Positions 10,080-20,904 are shown, numbered from the stretch's first letter. The stretch: DNA of 38,018 nucleotides from a virus (IMGVR_UViG_3300029318_000026:1-38018), one strand, 5' to 3'. Notes: a model not told the origin generated them from the letters alone. Translations and numbers: made by a program.

Positions 10080-11128
10080 TGACTTGGCGGAAGAACCCCA
10101 GAACACTGACTAAAGAGCAGTTCTCAACCGGCACCACTATTGACGGCGACCGGATTGATAACGCTCTTGACGACGTTGTTGAGCGCGTCAATGACATCCC
10201 CTATGGCGACCTGCGTAAGCGCTGGGTGCCCACCACTTATGTGGCCGGCTGGACTCCGCAAAGCCCTGGTTGCATATCATCTGCAAGCCCATCTCCAACC
10301 ACAGGGACTTCTGCGTCTTCAGCGGGAGGGGTTTATGGCACCCACCATTGGCCCTGGCTGAGGGTGCGAAACGCTACTTACGAGATTGCGGACAAGACCG
10401 AAGGCCATGTCGACACTGACGACAACAAGACAACAAACCCTTACAGGCTAAAAGGAGTGGGTGTTCCGGGTGTGCATCCATTTGGATACGCCGAGATTAG
10501 CGCATCTGACTGGCAGCCTGGGCTTTTGCCTGTCGGCCTCCAGCTAGCGTGGACTAGGTCCTGGTTCATTGACAATCCGTCTATCTTAGACTCGATCGAT
10601 CTGATACTCGAAGTAGACGACCCAGGCTACAGCGACAAGGTGTTCCAAAACACCTTTGAGTTCACAAGCTCTAACCAAGTACCCGAAGGATACCCAGACC
10701 TCAACTCCAGAGACCTTGTAATCACCGCTGCTGTGGATAGCGAGTTTGCCAGAGAAGACCGCAACATGGCAGACGTCGAGGTGCTCAGAAAGGGATTCGT
10801 TATCGAGAACGACGCCTTCAGCAGGCTCTCTCTGCCCACTCACGGGTCAACCTACCAAGACATGGAGCCTGGGTTTAACACTGGCAAGGTCCCTGGCACC
10901 ACCATCCAGGGCGCGTACATCAAGCTTAGAGACCTCAACATACCCATTCACCAGAACGCGCGCCTCCGGGTGGCGGTTGTCATCCCATCGTATCAGTCCC
11001 AAAGCATTACCGGCGCTGTCCAGAGGACGAGCGGGTGGAATCCAAACAACTTCAGCGCAAAGTACCCGTGGATGCAGCAGAAGATACACATGTCTGTCAC
11101 CATGCTTGAGGAGGTGACACGTGGCTAA
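10079..11128 (+). CDS. Hypothetical virion/tail protein
   Basis: 349 aa, coupled (TAATG) in the structural operon. Confidence 0.55.
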   Translation: MTWRKNPRTLTKEQFSTGTTIDGDRIDNALDDVVERVNDIPYGDLRKRWVPTTYVAGWTPQSPGCISSASPSPTTGTSASSAGGVYGTHHWPWLRVRNATYEIADKTEGHVDTDDNKTTNPYRLKGVGVPGVHPFGYAEISASDWQPGLLPVGLQLAWTRSWFIDNPSILDSIDLILEVDDPGYSDKVFQNTFEFTSSNQVPEGYPDLNSRDLVITAAVDSEFAREDRNMADVEVLRKGFVIENDAFSRLSLPTHGSTYQDMEPGFNTGKVPGTTIQGAYIKLRDLNIPIHQNARLRVAVVIPSYQSQSITGAVQRTSGWNPNNFSAKYPWMQQKIHMSVTMLEEVTRG

Positions 11129-13052
11129 AATTACACGCAAAAAGCTGTCTCGCGGCACGAAGCTCACCCCTGAGCACGTGTACCCACCGTTGGCCTCAGC
11201 CGCCTCACAGCTCACAGGCATTGCTATTGAGAAGGAGCAGATGCAGGCGCCGATGGCGCCGTTCAGGGTCAACTTAACACTGCCTTACCTGGCGAGCGAC
11301 TCCCTCCCCAAAGGGCACATCACGATGCCCTTTGTGCTTCCTCCACCCCAGGACCTATTCCTCACTGCTAACAACGCGGCTGGTGGCAAGGATGCCATCT
11401 ACAGTGGCAACCTGCCTCAGATGAAACTTAAGTCAGTCTCATTCTCTTTTGACCAGAGAGGTGAGCCGGGAGCCATCGCCAGCCAGTTCTGGAAGCTTGC
11501 CTCTAGCGGCACAGCCAATACGGGAAAGTACGGGTACTCGTCTGAGCAAGGCCACGTTAGCTATGAAGATGTTACTAGGCTGGACATAGCCCTGTCTCTT
11601 CACGAGAAGACCCAAGAGTATTTCGGCGACACCTACCCCTACAACCTAGAAAGGGAGCTGTGGTCTACCACCATCCCTGCTGCGGAAGGTTATGCGGGTG
11701 TGTCCCTCAGGGCGAACCCGTTCATCCAAACCGACATGGACATAGCCGTCGACCCCTACAAAACCCTGGTACTGTCTATACAGTGCCCAGGTCTTGAAGA
11801 CTCGAATGGCAGGAACTTGGCCCTGCCTTCTATCGAAGTCTCCATGAAGTTCGCGTGCGAGCTTATGCCTAGAGACACTGGCCAAACAACGGTGCAAAAC
11901 ATCCCTGCCGATGGCGGCAGCGGCACCGGCAAGTACGGCGCCAAGACAGCTCCCAGTGTGACGATTAACACCCCAACACACTCCACAGCTATTGAGTCGG
12001 ACTCAAGTGATGGAGTTACTTACAACATCGACACGCTTGACGAGCAGTTCAGGGACAAGCTTGAGGGCGGGTATAATAGGTTCGCAGATGTGCCCCCCAC
12101 AGAGGTGATTGCAGACGATGCAGCCTACGAGGTCATCGCTGTGCCGCTGTACCAGAACATGGCGCATGGGGGCCTTTCGGCGTCTCCAGCCTTCTACGCC
12201 ACCTACCCGTACCTCGCTACACTGGGAGGAACAGGTAACACGACAGTAACCGAAGCCACAGACATCGGGGCGTTTGATCGTAGGATCATACCAATCCACC
12301 ACTCGTACACCATCCAGCACGCTATTCTTGCCTGGAACTGGACTCCGTGGGAGTTGCTTAACTGGGACGGCGACGGTGGAACTAAGCCAATATCTTCAGG
12401 CTCATCAAGCGCAAGTGATCAGCAGAGGGCCAACATTGCTTGCCCGTCAAGGGAGGTGACCCTTGACGTTGGGGTTGGTATTGGCACCGGAGCCTCTGCA
12501 GATAACTTTGACTACGAGCAGGTAGCAAAGCTAAGCATCAGCAACCCAAACAACTATGGCACGTGGGATGGTAGCAGCGGCACTAAGGTGCCCACTGACC
12601 CAACAACCAAAGGCACATGGGACACCAGCCTAATAGACCGCATCACGTCTACTGTCGATCCTCCACGGGTGCTTATATGGGACTCCGGTGGCACGGCGGC
12701 GCTTGGTGTGCCTAAGTGGAACTGGGAGTTACACTCCATCCCTATCGTTGGTAGCGGCACATTCGGCGCTGGAGTTGGGTATTACACGCAAGGCAAAGAG
12801 GTCTTTGTGGGCCCCGGCTGGACGCGCACGTCGTCGCGAACAAACATGCAAAGTAGCGCCCCTGACACGGGTGGAGCGGAGCAATGGATTGAGGTGAGGG
12901 CCAACCTATACCCGACAACCAGCATTGCCCTCAATGCGGCGCCTTACCAGTTCGATCCGGCATCAACCCACATATCAGATAAATCAAGCATCTTAATAGG
13001 CTACGGCGGGTGTTACGTGTATCTTATCTGCAAGAAGCACCTTACGAAGTAG
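11121..13052 (+). CDS. Hypothetical virion/tail protein
   Basis: 643 aa, GTG start with GAGGAGG RBS, Ser/Thr/Gly-rich, in the tail module. Confidence 0.55.
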   Translation: MAKITRKKLSRGTKLTPEHVYPPLASAASQLTGIAIEKEQMQAPMAPFRVNLTLPYLASDSLPKGHITMPFVLPPPQDLFLTANNAAGGKDAIYSGNLPQMKLKSVSFSFDQRGEPGAIASQFWKLASSGTANTGKYGYSSEQGHVSYEDVTRLDIALSLHEKTQEYFGDTYPYNLERELWSTTIPAAEGYAGVSLRANPFIQTDMDIAVDPYKTLVLSIQCPGLEDSNGRNLALPSIEVSMKFACELMPRDTGQTTVQNIPADGGSGTGKYGAKTAPSVTINTPTHSTAIESDSSDGVTYNIDTLDEQFRDKLEGGYNRFADVPPTEVIADDAAYEVIAVPLYQNMAHGGLSASPAFYATYPYLATLGGTGNTTVTEATDIGAFDRRIIPIHHSYTIQHAILAWNWTPWELLNWDGDGGTKPISSGSSSASDQQRANIACPSREVTLDVGVGIGTGASADNFDYEQVAKLSISNPNNYGTWDGSSGTKVPTDPTTKGTWDTSLIDRITSTVDPPRVLIWDSGGTAALGVPKWNWELHSIPIVGSGTFGAGVGYYTQGKEVFVGPGWTRTSSRTNMQSSAPDTGGAEQWIEVRANLYPTTSIALNAAPYQFDPASTHISDKSSILIGYGGCYVYLICKKHLTK

Positions 13053-13061
13053 GAGGCACTC

Positions 13062-13844
13062 ATGGCGCACGAGCCAGGACACGAAGACGAGTACAACATC
13101 AGCGCAGACGATATGTTGGCTGCCAGCCAAGGTGCATACGGCCTTCAGCCCTACCAGCAGGCCCTTGGCAGGTTCCAGCTTGAGGCCCCTCAACTACTTG
13201 AGCGTTCTGCTGCGCGTGAACGTCAAGCGCTCCAGCAGGCCCAGCGCACCGGGATGATGTCCCTTGCCGAGCAGGCAGCCCAGGCCCGTGCAGCCGCTAT
13301 GGGTGGCGCAGGGCAGATGGCAGGTGGTGGTGGCCGAGCGGCAAGCATGCGACAGGGTGGCTTGAGCTTTGGCCGTAGGGCTGCTGACTTTGCAGCAGAC
13401 GCTGCTCAGCGTGCCGCAGGACTTGAGGCTGACATCACCAACCGCCAACTTCAGATGATGGGCGAGGCTCTCCCCGGCGCAATGCTTGCCCAGGCAGAGG
13501 CGCAGCGCTCAGTCCAGAATGACGTGGTCAACCTCCAGAACTACCTGGAAGTGCTTGAGGACAACTACAGCGTGTCTGATCGTCCCGGTCAACTGCGCGC
13601 TTTCCTTGCCACGATTCCGGCAGGTAGCCCTGCGCACCAGCTGGGCATGGCTGCATTGGCTAGGATGGAGGACAGGGCGTCGCAGCTTAGTTCAGCCCTA
13701 GCGGGGGCCGCTCCAAGCGGACCCCCTGTGTACAACAGCCAGACTGGCCGATTTGTGCGCCCTGGGATGCCCGGATACGAGGAGGCTTTGGCCGGATCTA
13801 CCATGCGCGATATGGGTTTTAGGGTCTATAACCAGTTCGCCTAG
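13062..13844 (+). CDS. Putative ejection (internal virion) protein
   Basis: Ala/Gln/Gly/Met-rich helical composition, AGGAGG RBS, first of three ORFs of increasing size as in P22 gp7/gp20/gp16 or T7 gp14-16. Confidence 0.6.
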   Translation: MAHEPGHEDEYNISADDMLAASQGAYGLQPYQQALGRFQLEAPQLLERSAARERQALQQAQRTGMMSLAEQAAQARAAAMGGAGQMAGGGGRAASMRQGGLSFGRRAADFAADAAQRAAGLEADITNRQLQMMGEALPGAMLAQAEAQRSVQNDVVNLQNYLEVLEDNYSVSDRPGQLRAFLATIPAGSPAHQLGMAALARMEDRASQLSSALAGAAPSGPPVYNSQTGRFVRPGMPGYEEALAGSTMRDMGFRVYNQFA

Positions 13845-13852
13845 AGGATTAA

Positions 13853-15682
13853 ATGGGACGCATCGTCATACCAAGGGTCCGCCAAGAGGCGAGACAACAG
13901 CTTCAAAGAAAGCGCCGCACGGGTTACTTCGCCAATGGCTTTGGCCCGCAGGAGATGCGGCTTGTGTCCCAGCTTGCTGACCTCGCAGTGGCAGGCGGTG
14001 GCCAGATTGCCAGGGCTGTCCAGATTAGCAACCGGGAGAAGGAGCAGGCTGAGGCACAGGCTGAATATGACCAGAGGCTTCAGTCGGAGATCGAGAGCCG
14101 CCAAAGGGCGGCGCAAGCCGAGATTGCAGATGTTCAACTCGGCGGCGGCCCACAGGCGTTTATGTCTGACTTCTTCTTCAACAGGCCAGATGTTGCTCTT
14201 AAGCCCGCTGACTCTCCAGACACGTCTGCCTTAAGGGGCGCCACCCAGCAGAGGGGTGCGCCCATTATAGCTTTAAGCGGCGTTGCCCCGGAGGACGCTC
14301 GCAAAATGCTGGGCATTGACGCCCCATCTCTGGGCGACGCAAGAGCACAGCGTCTCGCCCCTGAGGACGCCCGCCCACCTCTTGCCGGGCTAACCCCTGC
14401 TGATCTTATGCAGAGGACGCGCCTGCCTGGCCTTAGGGCGGCTTACCAGAGCGCTCTTGCGCGAGGAGATGTTGGCGCAATGGGCCGCATAGCCAGGGAG
14501 GGTGAGCGGCTCCCAGGGCTTGGTTCCGCATACCCCACACCGCCCGAAGTCACCAACATTCCCTCTTTGGACGAACCGCCACCAACCATTTCCGACGAAG
14601 ACCTTGCCGAACTTTCTAGACTTGCCGCAGCTCCTAGGCTGGAGGCAATCGCGCAGGCGCGCGCCCAGGCACTGCAGCAGGCGCAGCAGGCCATGCAGGG
14701 CCGCGACTTCAGGCGAGAGGCCATGGAGGCAATTGGGCCGGCCCCTGAGCGCAAGCTCTTCCGCATTGCAGACATCCTTGCAGCAGCCCCGTCAGCACGC
14801 ACAGCAGAGCAGCGAGCCATGCTGCTTCAGGCCGCCGCTGATAGCCCTGACATCCAAGCCACTGGTCTTAGCGACTTGGCGAAGGGAGCTTACCGCGACC
14901 GCGCCATGCAGGCTGTAATGAAGCTCTTCCCTGAGGAGGAAGAGCCGATGAGCGAGCTTGATAAGCTGCGCATCGAGAGCACCCGTGAGCGCATCGAGAC
15001 GGAGAACCTCCGTCAGCAAAAACTCCAGGCAGAACTGGACAAGGACGCTGCTGACGCCGAAAGAAGGGCCAACGCTGTAGTCAGGGTCGACCCAGAGCTT
15101 GCCAAGAAGGAGGCTCTGTACGCCTTCTACACAAAGAACTGGCCGCGGAAAGAGGCCATGGGCGACGAGGCGTGGAGTTCGGGCGCTGGCGAGTTGGCTG
15201 ACATGACGCCCGCCGGCCTTGCGGCCTGGACGCGCAACAACAAGCTCTCTCGCGCTACCCGCAAGAGCGTTAACGCAACAGCGGGCAGGTTGCTTCAGAT
15301 GCGGCCCAAAGCTGATCCAGCCCCCAAGGGCGATACTGATGCAATGATCAAGCGCAAGGCCAGCGTTCGCGCAGAGTTGCCTGTTGTGGTGAAGGATATG
15401 CCGCCTGACGCGCGCACATCAGCGATTAACGCCGTAGCCACCGGGAACACTTATGCCCTCCTAGGTGTGCTCCGCAAGCACCAGATCGACATGGAGAAAA
15501 AGCACGGAGTTAAGAGCGCTGAGGCCAAGCGAATTAAGTTGCTCAGAAGTGACATTGTGGCCACCAGCGGGCAAGTTGACCCGCCCGAGTTGCCTGAACC
15601 CGAACCTACTAGGGACCCTGTTGATAATCGGGTTGACGCTCTGCGCGCGCAAATTGAGGCCGACGAAGCCAGGGGCATGTAA
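13853..15682 (+). CDS. Putative ejection (internal virion) protein
   Basis: 609 aa, Ala/Arg/Gln-rich with coiled coils; position. Confidence 0.6.
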   Translation: MGRIVIPRVRQEARQQLQRKRRTGYFANGFGPQEMRLVSQLADLAVAGGGQIARAVQISNREKEQAEAQAEYDQRLQSEIESRQRAAQAEIADVQLGGGPQAFMSDFFFNRPDVALKPADSPDTSALRGATQQRGAPIIALSGVAPEDARKMLGIDAPSLGDARAQRLAPEDARPPLAGLTPADLMQRTRLPGLRAAYQSALARGDVGAMGRIAREGERLPGLGSAYPTPPEVTNIPSLDEPPPTISDEDLAELSRLAAAPRLEAIAQARAQALQQAQQAMQGRDFRREAMEAIGPAPERKLFRIADILAAAPSARTAEQRAMLLQAAADSPDIQATGLSDLAKGAYRDRAMQAVMKLFPEEEEPMSELDKLRIESTRERIETENLRQQKLQAELDKDAADAERRANAVVRVDPELAKKEALYAFYTKNWPRKEAMGDEAWSSGAGELADMTPAGLAAWTRNNKLSRATRKSVNATAGRLLQMRPKADPAPKGDTDAMIKRKASVRAELPVVVKDMPPDARTSAINAVATGNTYALLGVLRKHQIDMEKKHGVKSAEAKRIKLLRSDIVATSGQVDPPELPEPEPTRDPVDNRVDALRAQIEADEARGM

Positions 15683-15685
15683 TCA

Positions 15686-18600
15686 ATGGCCACCAAGCAA
15701 GAGGTTGCAGACCTCATCGAAAGGGCCGTTAAGGCCGGAAACAGAAAAGCCGCCCGTGAGCTTCTTTCCATCTACGATAGCCTCAGCGCAGATATACCTC
15801 GCGCGCGCGCCCAACAAACATTGGCTGCGGAGGGGGTTGGATACACCCCTGCTATAGACGAGCAAGCGTTCTACACCGAAGGTCCCTCGCAACCCGCCAT
15901 TGATGCCTTGTCTCCGCTTGCTGGCCTCCAGGAGCGCTTCGCTGCTATTGAGGACCCGCGTGAGGCTGAGGGTATTGAGCAACTGGCGCGAGGTGTTGGG
16001 TCTGGCGCTATAGGGGTGGCCAAGGGTGCGCTCCTAGACACAGGTCTCGCTGCGGCAGAGGCGATACTTGGGCGAGAAGAGGTTGAGAGGTCTCCATCGT
16101 TCCGGCTAAGTCAGGAGTTGGGGGCCATCCAGGAGGGGCTTTACAAGCCCAGCGTGTCTTTTGACGACGTGCTTGATAGCCCAACCCTTGAGAACGTGAC
16201 GTCATTTGTTGGAGAGGGTATTGCCTCGTCTATCCCAGGAATGGCTGCCGCAGTGGCGTCAATGCCAAGGTATGCACTCTCGATGGTGGGAGATATCGCT
16301 AAGCAGCGCGCGGCTAACCGTGGCCCAGGCGCAGAGGTTAATGCTGGGGACCTCATTGCAGCCATAGGCACCGCTGGTGTTGTTGCTGGCGCCGAGAGGC
16401 TCGGTGGTCGTCAGGTGCTGGGGCGTGGCACTGCAGCTACTGCGCCAGGGCGCATCGCAAGAGCCGCTGCCATAGAGCCAGCCACTGAGTTTGGGCAGGA
16501 GTTTGCCCAGACCGTTGGCGAGCAGGTGTTTACGCGAGAGGGCGACGACCTTGTCCTTGGTGTGGATGTTGGTGAGGGTGTAAAGAGGGGCGCTGCTGGC
16601 GCCCTTATTGGTGGAGCGATGGGGCCTCTTGGTTCCGCTGCTTCAGAAGGTGTGCGGGCAGTTAGGAGACGCCTCGAAGGCCCACTGCCTGATCCTCCCC
16701 CACCATCACCGCAAGAGCTAGTGGCTATCGAGGACGTTGTTCAGGACGCGCCGTCTTCACAGGACCAAGCGGTTCAGGCGCAGGCTATTAAGTCCGAAGC
16801 TGATGCCGCCGAGAAGGCTCGTGTTGAGGCTGTGCCGGCTAGGCCACGCACCACTCCTGCTGAGCCAAGGCAGTCTCGTGCCCAGAGAAGTGCTGAGGTC
16901 GTGCAGGCAGACGCTGACATAATCGAGTCCATTCAAGACCCGGCTCAATCCCTTGAGGATGTTGCCGTGTCTGTCGCCAAAGCGACCGGCATGCGCTCGC
17001 CTGATGGCCTTGCTGCTAGAAACGAAGACACAGAGGCGTTCCTTGAAGAGCTTGGGTACGACAACGATCGAATAAATAAGGTGATGCGCCGAGACCCTGT
17101 CTCTTACGGGCAGGCCGTTGCCCAGATCGACAGTGCCGGTATGCGCTCTACGATTGCGGAGGATGGTCTCGTTGAGGTGCCTGCGTCCGTTCGGTCAATC
17201 GCTGACGACATCGTCAACAAAGGTAGGCTGCCATCAGAGGTGGAGACGCTTGCCATTCTACACGCCGAGATACAGCATAAGCGCGCCTATAAGGCGCTTT
17301 TAGACCAAGTGGACTCAGCCGTTACTGACTCTGATCGCGAGGCGCTGAGGCAAAAGCTCAACAAGGTTGAGGAGGAAGCGGACCTCATCGCGAGGGCAAA
17401 CACCCTTGGCGGGTCGGCGATCGGCCGTGCTCTTAGGTTTCGACGGTTTAGGGTCGATCAGGACCTGAACGTCTTGCAGTCTCTATCAAAGGCGAGGCTA
17501 AAGAAAGGCTCACCGCTCTCCACACAAGAGAGCGACTTCATTAAGAAGACGTTCAAGAAGTCAGACGCAACCATCAAGAGGGCAACGGCTAAGCGCGACG
17601 CTGAGTCGAAGAAACTCAAACGCGCTCTCCAGATCTTAAAGCAGCAGACAGACGCAGGCGCGTCACCAGAAATGATCAGGAAGGCTCAGGCGACCGTTGA
17701 CACACTTAAGGGTCGCGTCATCCAGGCCGAAGCCAGCGCTCGTTCAGCGCAGGCGGACAAGGTCAACGCCTCATCCGATGCGGTCCGGGGCATCTTGCGC
17801 CGCACGGTTAGCGGGTTCGCTGACGTGTCCAGAGCCCTCACGTCTTCACTTGACGACAGTGCCCTTGGGAGACAGGGCCGTGAACTGTTTGTGCGGTCGC
17901 TGTTTAGCCGTGAGCAGGCTGGCCTCAGGACGATCGCCCCTGCGCTGCGGATACTCTCTTCAGCTGTTCGCGGCAAGGACGCCATCGCTCGCAACAGGGC
18001 TTTGGCCCAGCGCATGCAGAAGGCTATGGTTGACCGCCCCTTCCAGAAGCTGGCAGACAAGGCAGGCCTTGAGATCACTGAGATCGAGGGGATTGGCGCG
18101 TCTCATGGCTCTAAGATCGACGCCAGGGAGGAGCAGTTTGCGACCAACCTGTTTGAATCTAAGCCGTTCCTCAGGTTGCTTGGCGAGAGGATCGTCACCC
18201 CGAGCCAGAACGCTTACGGGTTGACGCTGAACAGGCTGAGGACATGGCACTTTGACAAGCAGGTCAGGAACCTCGCTAGACGCAAGGGCCTGCCGGCAGA
18301 CGCCAGCGTAGATACGCTGGCCAAGCAGTTACCCCTGGCAGACATAAAGGCCATCGCCGCACACATCAACGCCTCTACAGGTCGAGGTAGGTGGGCGCTC
18401 AAGCGGGCCGGGAAAGAGGGCTCTGTTGACCCGGTTAGCGAGTCCCTTAGAAACGTCATGTTCGCGCCTGTCTTCACCTTTTCGCGCGTTGAGTCTGCGC
18501 TTCAGTTGCCGCAGATGCTTCTGGCAAACGTTAAAGGCCCCAAGCGAGACCCATCTGGCCGAAGGCTCCCCCTGATGGCCGGCGCTCTTGGGCCGTTCAG

Positions 18601-19252
18601 GAACATCTCGGATGAGGCAAGAGGCCTTCTCCTCCAGGATGCCCTGTACAACGCCATGTGGATTACCAGCCTTGGCCTGATCACCTACCTTGGCGCAGGG
18701 GAGGATGACGCAGACGACCGGGTAATGGCTTTCCTCGACCCAGGCAATGCGGATTTTGGAAAGATCCGGTACGACAATCATCACTGGGACCTATCCGGCG
18801 GCATCGCGCCTACGCTCCGGTATATGCTGCCTTACAATCTTGGCTCAGGCGATGCTGATGGCATCATTGATGCGGTGCAGCCTGAGACCAGAATGTCTGA
18901 CAAGTTTGGTCGGCTGATGAGGAACAAGCTCCACCCCACGGCCTCGGCCGCATGGTCCGCGTACACCAACAAGGACTACCTTGGGCGCGACCTAACAGAG
19001 GATGAATGGGAAGACGCAATGGACACATGGGAAGGCATGATGAGCTACATCGGCCAGCGGTTTGCCGCTCCGTCTGCCAGCGCCTTCTTACCCATCACGG
19101 CACAAGAGGTAGGCCGGTCACTCCTGGGAGAAGAGGACGAGGACGACAGAACCGCGCTTGAGCGCGCGCTGCCCCTTGGCGCAGAGTTCTTTGGCATCGG
19201 CCATTCGTATTACGAGCCAAGAGCCGGCACTCAGTCGTACCTAGCCAACTAG
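15686..19252 (+). CDS. Large putative ejection (internal virion) protein
   Basis: 1188 aa with Gly/Ala-rich membrane-like segments (EPATEFGQEFAQ, GALIGGAMG) and a C-terminal helical region; last structural gene before lysis. Confidence 0.65.
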   Translation: MATKQEVADLIERAVKAGNRKAARELLSIYDSLSADIPRARAQQTLAAEGVGYTPAIDEQAFYTEGPSQPAIDALSPLAGLQERFAAIEDPREAEGIEQLARGVGSGAIGVAKGALLDTGLAAAEAILGREEVERSPSFRLSQELGAIQEGLYKPSVSFDDVLDSPTLENVTSFVGEGIASSIPGMAAAVASMPRYALSMVGDIAKQRAANRGPGAEVNAGDLIAAIGTAGVVAGAERLGGRQVLGRGTAATAPGRIARAAAIEPATEFGQEFAQTVGEQVFTREGDDLVLGVDVGEGVKRGAAGALIGGAMGPLGSAASEGVRAVRRRLEGPLPDPPPPSPQELVAIEDVVQDAPSSQDQAVQAQAIKSEADAAEKARVEAVPARPRTTPAEPRQSRAQRSAEVVQADADIIESIQDPAQSLEDVAVSVAKATGMRSPDGLAARNEDTEAFLEELGYDNDRINKVMRRDPVSYGQAVAQIDSAGMRSTIAEDGLVEVPASVRSIADDIVNKGRLPSEVETLAILHAEIQHKRAYKALLDQVDSAVTDSDREALRQKLNKVEEEADLIARANTLGGSAIGRALRFRRFRVDQDLNVLQSLSKARLKKGSPLSTQESDFIKKTFKKSDATIKRATAKRDAESKKLKRALQILKQQTDAGASPEMIRKAQATVDTLKGRVIQAEASARSAQADKVNASSDAVRGILRRTVSGFADVSRALTSSLDDSALGRQGRELFVRSLFSREQAGLRTIAPALRILSSAVRGKDAIARNRALAQRMQKAMVDRPFQKLADKAGLEITEIEGIGASHGSKIDAREEQFATNLFESKPFLRLLGERIVTPSQNAYGLTLNRLRTWHFDKQVRNLARRKGLPADASVDTLAKQLPLADIKAIAAHINASTGRGRWALKRAGKEGSVDPVSESLRNVMFAPVFTFSRVESALQLPQMLLANVKGPKRDPSGRRLPLMAGALGPFRNISDEARGLLLQDALYNAMWITSLGLITYLGAGEDDADDRVMAFLDPGNADFGKIRYDNHHWDLSGGIAPTLRYMLPYNLGSGDADGIIDAVQPETRMSDKFGRLMRNKLHPTASAAWSAYTNKDYLGRDLTEDEWEDAMDTWEGMMSYIGQRFAAPSASAFLPITAQEVGRSLLGEEDEDDRTALERALPLGAEFFGIGHSYYEPRAGTQSYLAN

Positions 19253-19261
19253 AGGATCACC

Positions 19262-19645
19262 ATGCAAGTCACCAAACACTTCAAACTCAGCGAGTTCGCC
19301 TGCAAAGACGGCACCCAGGTGCCCGAGAAATACCAGGGCAACGTCGCCGCACTGTGCTTAGCACTCGAACACCTCCGCGCTCGCTTGGGCTCGCCCGTAG
19401 TCATCATCTCTGGCTACCGAACCAAGGAATACAACCGCAGAGTGGGCGGTGCATCCAAGTCCAAGCACCTCACGGCATCGGCGGCTGACGTCCGCCTAAG
19501 CGGTAAGTCACCGGCAGAAGTGTCGGCATGCCTCGAAGAACTCATCGCTGAGGGCACCATCCCCCAAGGCGGTATCGGCGTGTACCCCAGCCAAAACTTC
19601 ACCCACTATGACGTGCGCCTCACCAAGGCAAGATGGGACGGCTAG
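19262..19645 (+). CDS. Endolysin, peptidase M15A family
   Basis: HFKLSEFACKDG, IISGYR, SKHLTASAAD, GGIGVY..FTHYDVR (Zn ligands H, D, H). Confidence 0.9.
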   Translation: MQVTKHFKLSEFACKDGTQVPEKYQGNVAALCLALEHLRARLGSPVVIISGYRTKEYNRRVGGASKSKHLTASAADVRLSGKSPAEVSACLEELIAEGTIPQGGIGVYPSQNFTHYDVRLTKARWDG

Positions 19646-19727
19646 CCCCAACTGAACGAGATAGTGACTATACACACCCATAACTGCTAGGATTCCTAAC
19701 AGTTACACACCAGCCAAAGGCAAGCAC

Positions 19728-19955
19728 GTGAAACAACTAGCAATCATGGTTATCCTAATGATGTTCGCAGGTTGCGGCAGCAGCTACCACCTCAAGACCG
19801 GAGGTTGGAAGCTCAGCAAGGTGAAAGGGGAGGGCACATGCCTCGTCGTGCATGGCGACTCTGACCCTGAGGTTGTGCGCGTATGTATCGCTAAGCCTGA
19901 GGCATTGAAGCTCAGCACCGAGGTCCTGAAGGAGCACTGCAATGGCGCTGACTGA
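19728..19955 (+). CDS. Small lipoprotein (possible o-spanin)
   Basis: Signal peptide with lipobox FAGC; in the lysis region. Confidence 0.6.
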   Translation: MKQLAIMVILMMFAGCGSSYHLKTGGWKLSKVKGEGTCLVVHGDSDPEVVRVCIAKPEALKLSTEVLKEHCNGAD

Positions 19956-20190
19956 TAGCGACAAGGACTTCCTGCGCATCCCAATCATTAGCGCAGCATT
20001 CTTAGATGTGCTCGGTAAGACGAGCGGTATGGAGACCTTTAACTCAGCAGCGGCGGCCATCAAGGTGGTGCCTGTTGAGACCATCGCCGAGGCCCTCGCA
20101 GCCCTGCGCACCGATGAGGTCTTCATCGAGGCTGGCACCATGGTGATCAGCGATGACGTTGAGATTGAACTCTATGAAGAGGAGGACTAA
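19942..20190 (+). CDS. Hypothetical acidic protein
   Basis: 82 aa, AAGGAG RBS, coupled to neighbours. Confidence 0.6.
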   Translation: MALTDSDKDFLRIPIISAAFLDVLGKTSGMETFNSAAAAIKVVPVETIAEALAALRTDEVFIEAGTMVISDDVEIELYEEED

Positions 20191-20430
20191 ATGTCCGCCA
20201 AAGTACACTCAAAGCCTATCGACACACCTGAGACCACAGTGGTGGCAGCATCCCTAGTGGCCTGTGTCCTGCACCTTGCAGGCCTTGTCGAGCTTGACCA
20301 GGTCAACCTAGGCGTAGCCATCGGCGCGTGCCTCACACCCGTAGCAATGTTTGTGATCAGGATTGTTACAGCGGCAGCAAGCCGCGTTGAGGACGCGGTT
20401 GTGCCCGATGAAGAAGGCGAAGAGTCATGA
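20191..20430 (+). CDS. Putative holin (2 TM)
   Basis: Two hydrophobic segments and a charged C-terminus; near the endolysin. Confidence 0.55.
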   Translation: MSAKVHSKPIDTPETTVVAASLVACVLHLAGLVELDQVNLGVAIGACLTPVAMFVIRIVTAAASRVEDAVVPDEEGEES

Positions 20431-20729
20431 GTCTCGGTGACTGGGCCAAGAACAACGTGGTGGCTCTTGCGACTTGGGCTGGAGTTGCGCTTTCGCTTGT
20501 GGCTACAGCGGGCGCCAATGTGGCCATCTCTCAAGACACGCAGTCTGAGCTTGTCGAGACGGTTGCGCAGCACGAGCAAGACATCATCAAGCTAGAGTCA
20601 GACGTGCGCTCTATCCAAGAGCAGCAAGCTAGGCTCGTTAAGGTTGCTGAGAAGACTGAGACCGTGCTCTCTGAGCTTGATAAGACCACCGCCGAGTTGA
20701 AGGTGATGGTCCAAGCCATGCGACAGTGA
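20427..20729 (+). CDS. Membrane-anchored coiled-coil protein (i-spanin- or holin-like)
   Basis: N-terminal hydrophobic helix plus a heptad coiled coil. Confidence 0.55.
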   Translation: MSLGDWAKNNVVALATWAGVALSLVATAGANVAISQDTQSELVETVAQHEQDIIKLESDVRSIQEQQARLVKVAEKTETVLSELDKTTAELKVMVQAMRQ

Positions 20730-20730
20730 T

Positions 20731-20904
20731 GTGTCTGACACGAAGTGGAAGTCACGCGAGGTCTACGGGGAGACTGAGGACATAGTCATTGATGTCATCC
20801 TCACCCACCCCCCGTGCACCTTTGTCATCATTGGAGAGGACCCCGACCCTGAGGTCGGCGAGGTATACGCAAAGCTAATCGTACCGCACTGGGGTGAGGC
20901 ATGA
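20731..20904 (+). CDS. Hypothetical 57 aa protein (not in ORF track)
   Basis: GTG 1 nt after the previous stop; reads MSDTKWKSREVYGE...PHWGEA; ATGA overlap with the next gene; fills the gap exactly. Confidence 0.55.
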   Translation: MSDTKWKSREVYGETEDIVIDVILTHPPCTFVIIGEDPDPEVGEVYAKLIVPHWGEA

